From NCBI RefSeq assembly GCF_009914755.1, contig NC_060933.1: DNA of 64,000 nucleotides, one strand, 5' to 3'. How positions within the stretch are numbered: the first letter of the stretch is position 1; each line of letters starts with the position of its first letter. Positions 26,326 through 54,949 of this stretch are shown one piece after another. Below the pieces are notes generated by a model, which had not been told where the DNA came from, made no database searches, and saw only the letters and a list, made by a program, of their open reading frames with translations. This stretch comes from the human T2T-CHM13v2.0 reference genome, Homo sapiens. A program made the translations under genes and the position numbers.

Positions 26326-27745
26326 GGGCCCCCTGAGCTTCGGTGAGTGTCAGTGGCTCTGACAAACATCTGCAGTGTCATAGTTTCTGTAATCACTGTT
26401 TTTGAAAGGTGAGGGTTTCCTAAGAAGCTCTTGTGCCACCATCGTGCTGAAAAGAAGAGAAAGAAGCGAGTATATTTCTGACCTCTTGTGTGGCGACTGA
26501 ATTGTCGGCCTCGGTCTGCACCCAGGCACCCCCAGAACAAATCGTGAATCCCTGCCCCTCGCGCCTGCAGAGAATATCTCTTGCTCAGTCGTCCACAAAG
26601 GGTGGGGTTGCCCAGGCTCTTCTGTCTCCACTCAGCCAGTTAACTCCCCCTCCTCCTCCAGGTTCCAGCCCAGGGGCCCCTCTTCCCACCAGCAGCCCTC
26701 CAGGTCAGGCCCCTCTAACATAGCATTTGTTGAACTGTGTTCCTGCTCTTTGGAGCACCTATTTCAGTTTGTAATAGGATATTCATTAGCGAGATGATTC
26801 AGTTAGTATTTCTGCCTCTAACCTGGAGGCGCCCTGACAGCAGGGATTACAAACTCTTTTCTCTCCCTCAAGTATCCTCAGCACAGGACCCGGCACCACA
26901 GTAGGCACTCGGCAGTGTTCGTTGAGTGAATGAGCTAATGCGTGTCTCCCGAAGGTCGCACGAGGCAGTGTGGCTGGGATGCAGGCAAGATTGACCTCAG
27001 CTCCTGTGGGGCTGCGAGGTGACCTGCTCCTTACCCGTGAGTAACGGCTGCTGTTAAAGCAAATGCTCAGCAGGCCTCCTCTAGGGTGAGATGGGCGGTG
27101 ATGGTGCACAGCAGGAAAGGTCCGTACAGGAACCAGCTTCACCTGCTAGCTAGGGGCCCGGGGATTCCTGAGGGAGGCAAGGGAATGCTGGAGAAAGTGC
27201 ATGGGCTAGCATAACTGAAGGCCTGGCTGTCATCCCTGCCTTTGACTGTGACTTTTAGCAAGCCACCTACCTTCGTTAGCCCCAGTTTGACTCTGGTGAC
27301 TCTGAAATGTGAGGCAATGGCTTCTGATGAATTTGCTTACTCCCTAAGGCCGGAAAAGTAGCGCCACATCAAGAAACGGGCGAGCTTCTTCTCCAGCAGG
27401 GTTCGAGGAATATCCCAAGGGCGTGGGGTCCTGGAAATAGGAGCATCAACTGAGGCCAACGCACTGAGTCGGAGCAGATGTTGTGTAGACCGCACTGAAC
27501 GGCATTGCTGGCAAAGGCCATTGGCAGTCGTTGGCTCATCTTTCATTTGTCCTGATGTCAGACCTATCTTTACTCTGGTTTCTTCCAATTATAATTCATA
27601 CAATTGTTGGCCAAGCCTGGGTGGCTTCAGGGATGCTTATTAATATTATAATGTCACAGGACAACCACTAATCCCCAATTGTCTGCTAGTCTTCACCTCT
27701 GTTTCCTGGACCATTTCCCTCAAGCTCCTCAATCCTCAGTGGCTG

Positions 27746-28495
<750 letters not shown>

Positions 28496-28511
28496 TAAAC
28501 ATCTCCTATGA

Positions 28512-29020
<509 letters not shown>

Positions 29021-29356
29021 CGCTTATGTGTGTATTTTAGGTGTACAAATGAGAGTGAAGGTCATTTTGAATTCTGTTCCCTTTCCCGGAGTGCTAGAAG
29101 TAGAAGGGGAAGACCTTTGCAGTTTCCTAACAGTGGGAGAAGGACCTCACGGGTGAGCTACTACCTGGCCTGCCAGTACTGGGGCTCCTATAGTTGTCCA
29201 CATAAGTAATCTCCAGTTATGGAAACCAGCTGCCTCCCAAGGGACTCTGCAAATTTGACAGCTTTGGATGAGCCCCAAATCAGCCTCCCTGGAGCTTGCA
29301 CCCCTGCTCTCTGTTCTACTCCATGGGACCACAGTATGTTTTAAATCTTCAGTGAT

Positions 29357-29662
<306 letters not shown>

Positions 29663-31203
29663 AATCTTCAGTGACAATATCCAGTCTGTCCAGCCCTCTC
29701 TTTGGGCTTCCCTAGGCAAAATGTGTCTCTGGGCTATCGCCTTTTCCCTGGAGTCCAGGCTGTGGGGACAGATTTGCCCTTTCTCTCTGCCCACCGCCCC
29801 CCACCCTCCAGTTTAGGGACCTGTTTCCAACAGAATTTTCTTGGAACCAAGGTGGTGGAACCCATAACTTGGAGGAACACTTTTTGGCCAGCAAATTACT
29901 TTTATGTGACTGTTATTTTAACTAGCCTGTCTCTGCCAGATGATCTATTCATCACACATCTGGGGCCCAGGTGCTGTTTTCAGGGGTTTTTCTAAATCCT
30001 TTTTTCCCTCTTCAGCCCATTCCCTCTCTCCCCTTCCCTCTCCAGATATTCAGGTGAGAATCAGAAGCCAGCCATCACCTTTACTTTGAGAAATCTGGGC
30101 TCTGAGCGTCTTGCATCTGAATTTCCCCCAGGCCTCTCATGCCATCCATTCCCTTTGAGAGCTTCCTCCCGCTTCGATCACTGATTCTACCTGCTCTCCA
30201 GGGCGCTCTGGCTTCCTCGGGGAGCTGGGTCTCAGATCCCAGGCGCTGGTGCCACCTCAGGTTGGCACCAAGGCTGGGAAAAGGGTTTCCTGCTTTGCCT
30301 GGTTATCACCTTTGCAGAGGGAAGGCACTTGGGCCAGTTGCTAGTCTCACCCTCCTCCTCTTTGCCTGTTCATCATAGTGGCTTTTCCACGTTCTGGCCT
30401 CTCTCTCTCCTTCTTGCCCGCTGTGCCCTGGTCAGGCTGGTGGTAAAATGGGAATGTTATTAGGTTCAATAGCTAAACTACTAGTTCCCTTCTTTTCTTC
30501 CACTGTGTGTCCCTCCCCCGACCTTCCCCCAGAACGGGCCTCCAGGAACCTTCTGCCACCAGGCTCTGTTGAAAGGCCCCACTTCCGACAGTGGTCAGGG
30601 GATGGCCAGCTGCAGGCCCTGTGAGTATTAAAGCCTTCCACCGTGAAGATAAAGCCGCAACTCTCTGTGATTGTACCTGTGGAAGTGGTTCCCAGGCCAG
30701 CACCCCTATGAAGTGTCAGGCATTATGTGAATAGAATGGTCTGGCCCAGCTGGAAAGGGTTGAGTCGTTCCCTTCCTGGGGGCTCTGTGTGGAAGATAAG
30801 GTCCACAGAACCTCATCAACTGCCCCCACAGGGCTGGCAAAGGCCTGGCAACCCTGAGAGATCTCAAGAGGGCAGAGGATTCAGGAACAGGGTATTCTGC
30901 ACCTGGGACTTGCCCTGGGCACAAAGATGACCACTCACTTGGGTCCTGGAGGGCAGAATACAGGGAGAGCCAGTGCACACCTCCTGTAAGTGGAGGCCTC
31001 AGCCTAGGGCTGAGATTGCCTGGGGCTAGTTTGGAGGTCCCTTGAGAACTTATATCCTGCTGGAGGGAGGAGGGACCAGAAGAGGCCTAGTCTGAGGGAG
31101 GAGGCCCCGCTAGGTGAAGAGAGAACAGGCCCGTGAAACAAAATTCTGGTGAATTAAACTGTTAATTATAGAAAAATGAAGCCATAAACTAGTTTTTAAA
31201 ACA

Positions 31204-31831
<628 letters not shown>

Positions 31832-31859
31832 TAGTTTTTTTTTATTTATTTTATTTTTT

Positions 31860-32830
<971 letters not shown>

Positions 32831-32833
32831 ATG

Positions 32834-33137
32834 TGGTCAGGTGCAGTGGCTTATGCCTGTGATCCCAGCACTTTGGGAGGCCAAGGTGCATGGATTACTT
32901 GAGGTCAAGATTTCAAGACCAGCCTGGCCAACATGGTGAAACACTATCTCTACTAAAAATACAAAAATTAGCTGGGCGTGGTGGTGCACACCTGTAGTCC
33001 CAGCTACTCGGGAGGCTGAGGCAGGAGAATCGCTTGAACCAGGCAGTCAGAGGTTGCAGTGAGCTGAGATCGCACCACTGCGCTCCAGCCTGGTGACAGA
33101 GTGAGACTCCATCTCAAAAAAATAAAAAATAAATAAA
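32834..33137 (+). mobile_element. Alu (AluS)
   Basis: Dimeric Alu. Confidence 0.95.
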
Positions 33138-33220
33138 GTATACACATGTATATGCAAGATATGATGTTATATTACATAATGTATAAATAATGGTCTCTAT
33201 ATTGGATACCTATGGGCATC

Positions 33221-33516
33221 TTTTTTTTTCTTTTGGAGACCGAGTCTCGCTCTGTTGCCCACACTGGAGTGCAGTGGAGTGATCTCGACTCACTGCAACC
33301 TCTGCCTCCCAGATTCAAGTGATTCCACTGCCTCACCTTCCTGAGTAGCTGGGATTACAGGCACGCACCACCACACATGGATAATTTTTGTATTTTTAGT
33401 AGAGACGGGGTTTCACATTGTTGGCCAGGCTGGCCTCAAACTCGTGACATCAGATGATCCACCTGCCTTGGCCTCCCAAAATGCTGGCATTACAGGTGTG
33501 AGCCACTGCTCCTGGC
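33221..33516 (-). mobile_element. Alu (AluS)
   Basis: Antisense Alu. Confidence 0.95.
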
Positions 33517-34109
33517 ATATAGATATGTATTTTTGTTGAATGAGATAATGAGATAGTATACTTCACGAGACAAAATGTAGTAAATACTTTGTCAATGCTG
33601 GCAATTAGGAAATGAGGGTGGATAGGGTGGTTGGAGACAGATATTAAGGTGTATTTTATTTCAAGCTGAGAAATTTGGATTTTACCCTGTGGCCATGGGG
33701 AGGCAGTAGAACTCAATTCAACGAACATTTATGGAGCGTCTACTGTAGAAACGTCTACGTTAAAAAGGTCTTTTTATGGAGAATATTGCTGCAGAGAATG
33801 CCATTTGTATCAAGGCAAGGTCAATAAATTGGCTCTCCAAGGTAGATTGCCTTGGGAACTTCATCAGGGTCTGAGGCTAGTCCTCAGCCTTGCAGACCTA
33901 GAAATCTATCTTTGAGACACAGGGAAAGTGGATCTGAATCTGTCACTGACTTATAGTCACTACGTGTAAAACTGACATGTAGAATTAGAATGCCACCGTG
34001 TTAAATTTCAGAGACCTAGTAGAATGCAATAATCAGACATATTGCCACATTATTTTCAGCCACTTCTAGTAATACTAACGTGGAGGGCTGCCATTTCTTA
34101 GACATTTAA

Positions 34110-34430
<321 letters not shown>

Positions 34431-34629
34431 CAACAATATACTAAGCACTTTTCATGCATTATTTCCTTGCATCCTCAGAACAACTCTGAGGCAGATACTA
34501 TTATTATATTCATTTTACAGAAGTGGAAACTGAGACTTCTGGAGATTCAGTTGGTCAGGGTTGTACAATATTGAGGTGGTGTGAAGTGGGATGTGCCTTC
34601 ATAGCTTGCCCTACTTTAGACTGTATATG

Positions 34630-35040
34630 TCAATCATGTCCCAAACCTGTGCTAAGCATTAGGGACACAGTAGTGAGCAAAGCTGACAGCCCAGCCCTCA
34701 TGGAAGCTTCGAGTTTAGCAGTGGAGAAACATCAGTCACATTAATCACATGGCCAGAATAGCACATAATCACAAAATGCAATGAAGAAAAGGTCAAGGGA
34801 AACAGGAGAGCCTATGGCAGGAGGATCTGACCCCATGTGGGAGCCACAGGAAGTGACACTTGGGAGAAACCTGATGGTGAGTAAGTTACTAGGGAAGGGG
34901 GTGGCAGGGGAGGAAAAACATTTCAAACAGAGGGAACAGCACGTGCAAGGGCCTTGAGGCTGGAAGAATCCTGACATATATAAGGAACCGAAAAAGGCCA
35001 AAGTGGATGGAGCACAGGAGAGCGGCCCAAGATGAGACAC
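34630..35040 (-). mobile_element. L2 fragment
   Basis: cagagggaacagcacgtgcaagggccttgagg antisense L2 motif. Confidence 0.7.
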
Positions 35041-35095
35041 ACAGAGGGCCCGTTGCTGGTGTTCAGCTCTGCATTTCCAGTGTGAACCTTGGTGA

Positions 35096-35438
<343 letters not shown>

Positions 35439-35539
35439 GCAAACTGCCTTCTAAAGAATCCACTCCTCTGTTAGAGTGGTTAACTTTTTCTTTTTCAGAG
35501 GACAGTCAAGTTTTCTTAGCCTGAGAGTCAACTCGTCTC

Positions 35540-35952
<413 letters not shown>

Positions 35953-36252
35953 TAGCCCCAGACGATATTATTACTGGTCTTCAAGCAAGGAAAGACTTTT
36001 TCTCTCAGACATGGGAGGGCAAGCTGCATCCCTCCCACAGAAGGGAAGGAAGCAGGGGTCCAGGCTTCTCAAATGTATCTGAGTCCACTTGGATAGTTGG
36101 GCTTGTATAAAGAGTCTCTCTTTAGCCCCACTAAAATGCAGTGCTTGGTGCTTGCTAGGCACTAGGCCACAGACATAAAGTCTTTATGGTCCCTGCCCCT
36201 GAACAGCTCACAGCCTCAGTTGTAACTTAGATTTAAAAAATGACTGGTGGTG

Positions 36253-36551
<299 letters not shown>

Positions 36552-36885
36552 TCAGCAAACTATACATTTAAAATGGGAATATTTTATTTTAATTTTACCC
36601 TAATAAAGTTGATTTTAAAAAGAAAAATATGTTAATATGGCAATACTGGGAGAGAAGTACAACCTATTTTCCTAGTATTAAGCTGGGTCCCTTCTTCAAA
36701 CCTCTAAATCCTAGTAACCCCAAACGCTTCCCTTTTATTCACCCAGCCCGAGGGAGGGTAGCTTCCTTCCACAGTTATTGCCTCTCACAGTTTAGTGATC
36801 CTTTTTCATTTTTTCTTAGACTGCTAGTACATGTTTAACCCATTTCTTAAGTTATCTTTGCTGAAGTAACCAGTGTGATTTCTGT

Positions 36886-37507
36886 TTCTTTTTTCTTTTT
36901 TTTTTTTTTTTTTTTTTGAGAAAAGGTCTCACTCTGTCGCCCAGGCTGGAGTGCAGTGGTGCAATCATGGCTCACTGCGGCCTCACCCTCCAGGGCTCAA
37001 TTGATCCTCCCAGCTTGCCCTCCTGAGTAGCTGGGACTACAGGTGCACACCACCACACCTGGCTTATTTTTATATTTTTTGTAGAGTTGGGGTCTTGCTT
37101 TGTTGCCCAGACTGGTCTTCACCTCCTTGGCTCAAGCAATCTGCCTACCTTGGCCTCCCAAAGTGCTGGGATTACAGGTGTGAGCCACCACACCTGACTG
37201 ATTTCTTTTTTTTCTTTTCTTTTTTTGAGATGGAGTCTCCCTCTTTCACCCAGGCTGGAGTGCAGTGGCATAATCTCGGCTGACTGCAAGCTCTGCCTCC
37301 CAGGTTCACGCCATTCTCCTGCCTCAGCCTCCTGAGTAGCTGGGACTACAGGCACCTGCCGCCACGCCCGGCTAATTTTTTGTATTTTTAGTAGAGACGG
37401 GGTTTCACCGTGTTAGCCAGGATGGTCTCGATCTCCTGACCTTGTGATCCACCCGCCTCGGCCTCCCAAAGCGCTAGGATTACAGGCGTGAGCCACCGCG
37501 CCCGGCC
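36886..37507 (-). mobile_element. AluJ (36886-37199) plus AluY (37202-37507)
   Basis: AluY TSD acacctg(a/g)ctgatttcttt. Confidence 0.93.
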
Positions 37508-38588
37508 ACACCTGGCTGATTTCTTTCTCTTGCCTAGGCTCTGACTGGTCTCTTCCGGATGGGACTCTGGGACTGGTTTGGTTGTTCTCTTGGTCTTGAA
37601 TGCACTGCTGCCTCACTTGCCAATGGGAAAGCGCAAGTCGGAAACGCACAGCATATAGCAGCATCATGACTCATGAAATGATCCTCTGAAGTTGATTTTG
37701 ATGAAATGTGGCTGCCACTTTTACTGATAGGCAGGAATACTAACTTCAAGGGCTGAGAAAGGAATGGCTTTCTCTGCCTGCACTAGAGCACTTACAGAAA
37801 GAAAATGAGAATCCACGGGCTTTTATGGTGGGTCTGAGTGCATCTCTTCTTTCTTGAGTGTGGGTCAACCTCAGTGAAAACCAGACCCAAACTTTGTGGG
37901 TTGCAGAATTAAAATATTAGTTGAACTCACAGCCTTGCCACATTTCTCATGAAAAATTTAGGGCATTGATTTAGAAAGATTGGAAGCCTGAGATCCTGAG
38001 AGGGGCATCCAGGCCGACTCAGGTAAATCTGAGAATCCCCAAACCCCTGAATGTCTGTGAGCCTTCTTCCCTTCTGTGGGAGGGACACAGCTTGCCTTCT
38101 CATGTCTGAGAGGAAAATTCCTTCCTTGCTTGAAGGCCAGCAATCATCTCACCTGGGACAGTGGCCTTGTATGGAGGTGTCCATTCTCTCCAAGACCCAC
38201 TCCATCTACCACTTAATCACCCCTACAATTGTATCTAGCATCAGATTTCAGCATGCTTCAGAATACAAAGTGTGACCTGGAAGGAGATAGTAAATACTAC
38301 AAAATGATCTTGCCATTTATTGAAATAATTTTGCCATTTATATCACAAAAACCTAAGGAGTGTGTTTGGCAGTAGTTAGACCAAGGAGGACAGAATGGAA
38401 CACTGGACAGGGCTGAATTTATTTATATGGGTGCTCTGACCAGAGAGCCTGGATTCATTGTGCCAGCTCATGTAGCTAGAAGTGGCACAGTTTGCCAGGT
38501 TGCTTGACTGAAACTTGGATTCACTGAGGATGATGGGACTTATGGTGACAAAAGTCAAGTGGCAGGCAGCCTTTAAAAACCAGGCAGA

Positions 38589-39330
<742 letters not shown>

Positions 39331-39434
39331 TTAATTAATCACGGTATCTCCAGGGATGAAACAGGCAGCCTACTGAAATATTATTTGATTCATCATTATA
39401 ATAGAAAATATTTCTAATTGCAGAAACCCAGCTT

Positions 39435-39965
<531 letters not shown>

Positions 39966-40159
39966 TTAAGTGCCCATAATGGGAAGTTGTAACTTTTCAC
40001 CTAGTTCTGGACCTAAGCCAGTTCATAGCCCTAGAGCCCCATAGTGGAAAGGAGATGAGGTTTCCTTGAGAAAGGATTCTGCAATACTGGCACCCGAGGT
40101 ACCTGTAACTATTTACTAAAGTGACTGTGCATCTTTTGAGGAGTACTAGATACTGGCTC

Positions 40160-41482
<1,323 letters not shown>

Positions 41483-41953
41483 GGGTCTAAATAGATGATG
41501 ATAATTTCTGCCACACAAAGTACCACTGTGGTCCATGTGTCACAAACTAGGGGCTTATGGTGAGTAGGTAAAAAAAATGGGGTTTTGGCCAAAGTCTGTC
41601 TCACTGTGGGCCTGGCAGATCCATAGACCACCTATGGTCATTTCCACAGTTCTTGAATATATGATTGGAATAGACATACTCAATGACTGGCAGAACCCCC
41701 ACGTTGACTCCCTGATCTGTGGAGTGAAGATTGTTAATGGTAGGTAGAGCCCAGTAGAAGCCCTTGGAATTTCCCTTCTTTACTAGGATACTTAACCAAA
41801 AGTAATACCATTTCCCCAGAGAGAATTGCAGAGAATGACATGAAAGACTTGAAATACATGGGGGTGGTAATTCCTGTCTCATTCCCATTTAATTTACCTG
41901 TTTGAACTGTACAAAAGGGATGATCTTGGAGAATATCTGTGGATTAGAGGTAC

Positions 41954-43958
<2,005 letters not shown>

Positions 43959-44161
43959 AAAAAGTCCTTTTTCTTTATGCAAAATTGCAGGGACCACCTA
44001 ACATAGTCAACATAGTCAACTATATACCTTTTTCATCTCGCCTCAGGGCTTCCTCAATTCTCTTGCCCTCTTTCATAATCTAGTCCACAGAGATCTTGAT
44101 TGTCTTGATATCCCATAGAACGTCACACTGGTTGACTACATTGATAAATCATGTGTACTGG

Positions 44162-44934
<773 letters not shown>

Positions 44935-45627
44935 ACTGGATTACAGGGCAGGAAATAGCAAGTGTTTAGATGTCTTAGAAAGACACATGTGAGCCAAAGA
45001 GTGGGAAATAAGCCTCCCAAAGATTCAGGAGCCCACTACCTCAATGAAGTTCCTGAGGATCCAGTGGTTTGGGAGAATGTTGGGATATTCCTTCTAACAT
45101 GAAATAAGAATGTTTCACCATACACTGCTTATCATTAAAAAGAAACACAATGCTTGGTGAGACTTTTTGGACTTTGGATACAACATATATTATATTTGAG
45201 TCAGCTGCTCTGACCCAGTTACCTGTTGAGCTGCTGATTTTGAGTGGGACCTATAGCAAGAGAAAGGTCTGGCGAAATCCAGACTGCAGTGCAAGGTTTT
45301 CTGCCACTTGGGCCTTATGACTAAGTAGATTCTTTGATGCTCCAAGTGTGTATGGTTAATAGGAGTGCTCCACGGAGCCTCTGCCGAGCCCCCAGTAGGA
45401 GGATGCAGACCTCTGCAAAGTCATACCCTTGTCTGTAGACAAGTTTCTCCTTTTGAGAAACATTTCATGTCTTGCTACTGAGCCCTTGTTGAAATTGAAC
45501 ACATAATGTGGGAATAGTGAGTGACTATGTGACTGAGCTGCTCATCAAGCATTGAGTATTATCTGATCCACCAAGCTGTAAGGTTGAGCATGGGCAGCAG
45601 CAATCCATCATCAAGTGGAAATGGTGT

Positions 45628-45921
45628 GGCCGGGCGCGGTGGCTCATGTCTGTAATCCCAACACTTTGGGAGGCTGAGGCGGGCAGATCACGAGGTCAGG
45701 AGTTCGAGACCAGCCTGACCAACATGGTGAAACTCCGTCTCTGCTAAAAATACAAAAATTAGCTGGGAGTGGTAGTGCGTGCCTGTAATCCTAGCTACTC
45801 GGGAGGCTGAGGCAGGAGAATTGCTTGAACCTGGGAGGCAGAGGTTGCAGTGAGCCAGATTTCACCATTGCACTCCAGCCTGGGCGACAAGAGCGAAACT
45901 CCGTCTCAAAAAAAAAAAAAA
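45628..45921 (+). mobile_element. Alu without a TSD (possible recombinant)
   Basis: Dimeric Alu with unrelated flanks. Confidence 0.93.
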
Positions 45922-46754
<833 letters not shown>

Positions 46755-46759
46755 TATGT

Positions 46760-48897
<2,138 letters not shown>

Positions 48898-49361
48898 GGA
48901 TTAACTCACTTTTCCTCAGGAGCACCCTGTAAGATAGGTACTCTGGATATTATCTTCTCAGAAATGAGAAAACCGAGGCATAAAGAGCTTTGGACACTTG
49001 TCCAAGGCCACATAGATGGGAATGGAAAAGCCAAGATCGTTTCCTAGAACTGACCAAATTCAAAATTTCACTCTCAGTCCCTATTCTTCCACCTCCTTCC
49101 TGCTTCCCATAGTGATGCCTGCTTTCCCTGACGCCCCTTGGTGGCACCTCACCATTGTACCTGTGTGCACAGGAAAAGCACCTGTGTCCCTAATGACAGT
49201 GCTCTTTCCTGCGCCCTATTTTCTGTCTTCTGATGCCCCCAGAGATACCAGCCACCAGGATCTGGAGGATACTTTATTCCAGAATCCTTATAACACCTGG
49301 GTGTTGATGGCCTCTGAGCAGGAGCTACCTCTTAGGCAACAGAAAAGAGTGGGTTATGGCC

Positions 49362-49633
49362 TGTATTAGTTATCTTTTGCTGTGTAACAATTTTATCCCA
49401 AATGTGGCAGCTTAAAATAACACACATTTATTATCTCAATGTTTCTATAGGTTAGGGACAGCTTTGCTAGGCCCTCTTCTTCAGAGTCTCACAGGCTATA
49501 ATCAAGGTGTTGGCTGTGGCTGCAGTCACATCTGAGGCTCAACAGTTGAAGGATCTGCTTCTGAGCTCATGTGATTATTGGCAGCATTCTGTTCCTTTCA
49601 GGCTGCTGGGCTGAGGGCCCCAGATTCATTGTT

Positions 49634-49677
<44 letters not shown>

Positions 49678-50245
49678 TTTTTTTGAGACGGAGTCTCACT
49701 GGGTCGCCTAGGCTGGAGTGCAGTGGCACAATCTCGGCTCACTGCAACCTCTGCCTCCTGAGTTCGAGTGATTCTCTTAACTCAGCCTCCTGAGTAGCTG
49801 GGATTACAGGTGTGTGCCACAATGCCCGGCTTATTTTTGTATTTTTAGTAGAGATGGGGTTTCACCATGTTGGTCAGGCTGGTCTCGAACTTCTGACCTC
49901 ATGATCTGCCCGCCTCGGGCTCCCAAAGTGCTGGGATTACAGGTGTGAGCCACCGTGCTCGGCCAAAGGCCCCCCCAGTTTCCTGCTGGCTGTTGGCTGG
50001 AGCCTGCCCTCCGTTCCTTGCTGCGTGGTCTTCTCTATAGGGCAGCTCACACCATGGTGGCTTAGATCTTCAAGGCCAGCAAGAGAGTCTCCTAGCAAGA
50101 TGGGTTACAGTTTTCTGTAATGCAATCACATACCTCCTAAAGCCTTTGGCTCATTCTATTGGCTAGGAGCAAGTCAGGTCCTGCCCACACAAGGGCAGGG
50201 ACATAATGAGGTGGGCATTATGGGGACACCTTAGAGTCTGTCACA
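49362..50245 (-). mobile_element. MLT1 (E/F-like) MaLR LTR with an Alu at 49632-49964 ending in (TTTC)n
   Basis: tgtattagttatc...gctgtgtaacaa...gcagcttaaaataacac hallmark. Confidence 0.85.
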
Positions 50246-50484
50246 CCTTCCTTATGGGTCAGCAACTCTAATGAGAACAACTCCTTGAACCTTCCCAAGT
50301 TTGGCTCTCCATGAAGTATAAGTTTGTGCGAAGACAGCCGGGTTGAGGCTTGACCCTTGGTGATTTCTCCAATCCTCCTTTCCTCCTGTGGCTCAAAAGT
50401 TCCTTTCCCTCATGGAGAGTGACTCAAACACATCAGATACTAAGAATGTGCCCATTTCACCAGCACATCACACTTTGACAGTGA

Positions 50485-50885
<401 letters not shown>

Positions 50886-50913
50886 AACAATAACTTTAAA
50901 AAATAGCTTTATT

Positions 50914-52600
<1,687 letters not shown>

Positions 52601-53274
52601 CTCTCTCTCTCTCTTTCTCAGACTGCACTTGGCTTTATTGCTTTAAGAAACCTATTATTTCTCGCTTATCACCATCTAAACTTTTCTGTCTTCTTTAACG
52701 TTGAACTCCCTTCTTCCTTGCTTCATTTTACTCCCATAGCACTTTTCTCTATCTAGCCTACTACTGTAAATATTGATTTTAATAGCTGCCTTACCCCACT
52801 AGAATGTCAACTCCACGAGGACAAGAATTTTTGTCTCTTTTATTCACTGCTGTTTTCTCAGCATTTACAGTAGCACTTGGCGCATAGCAGAGAACCATTA
52901 GATATTTGTAGAAAGAATGAATACATCCTTCTGGAAGCATCAAGAATCAATATTAAATGACCTTTCCTCATTTTAAAATTGGGTTTATAATAACTTCTAA
53001 TATATCACAAAAGAATCTGTGTTCATTGAAAAAACTTAGAAAGTATGCATAAGCATAATAAAAGTATAGATGCCATTTAGCAAGCGTACATTGCACACAC
53101 TTCTGTGCTTGCCCAAAGTCACACAGGTAAATATAATAGTAGCCAATGTTTATTGAGGTCCTGTTAGGTGCCAGGCACTCTTCCATGTATCATCTCATTA
53201 ATTCCTGCCAACAGCCTGTCTAAAGAGGTTGCTACTTTTATCATTCTCATCTTTCAATAAAGAAACCGAGGCAG

Positions 53275-54208
<934 letters not shown>

Positions 54209-54949
54209 TCTTGTTCTCTTTATGCAAAATAATTAAGCACCTTCTTCGATGATTACCGTTTTCTTAATACAAAATAGCAGAAACTTCTCCCAGAGGTCTT
54301 TTAAGACACAGGTGGTTTAACTTCTACTGACTCTATTTATATTCTTTTTTGTTTGTTTCTTTTTTCCTTTCATAAGCTTTGGGAAGCATAATAACCAATC
54401 ATTCCATATTCATTCATATTACTGCAAAATTACTTTGAAGATTGTCAGAATGATGTTCTATTTGTCCAAGAATCTTTCGGAGTAGGGCAGGTCATAGTAC
54501 CTCCTGTCTGTGGGAGGCAGAACGGAGTTTTGCTGTGGTTCCAGATTTCCAGGGATTCACAGACCTGGCTTCAATTGTCTTTGCAATTTATTATCCCTGC
54601 GACTCTAGCTAAATGACTTAACCTCTGTGCCCACCTCACCGTGCCTGGCACAGAGTAAAGATGTGGGAGCAGAGAGACAGGATCCGGGCTCATTCCCCAG
54701 CTTTGCTCCTGTGTGGTCTTGGGCAAGTCCCTTCACCTCGTTGGGCCTAACTCTGCCCAGCTGTAAAATGGATGAGACCGCCCCCCCCCCCCCCGCCAGG
54801 AACTCCGAGGTTTCTTCTGGCTCTGACGTTCTGGGCTCTGTGCCTACCTCCCAGCTGTGAAGAATGGGCACTAAGGCGATGTCTCGCTCACAAAACCATT
54901 TTTGTTGAAAACGATAAATCCCAGGTAGGGATTTACGGGGGATATCGGG

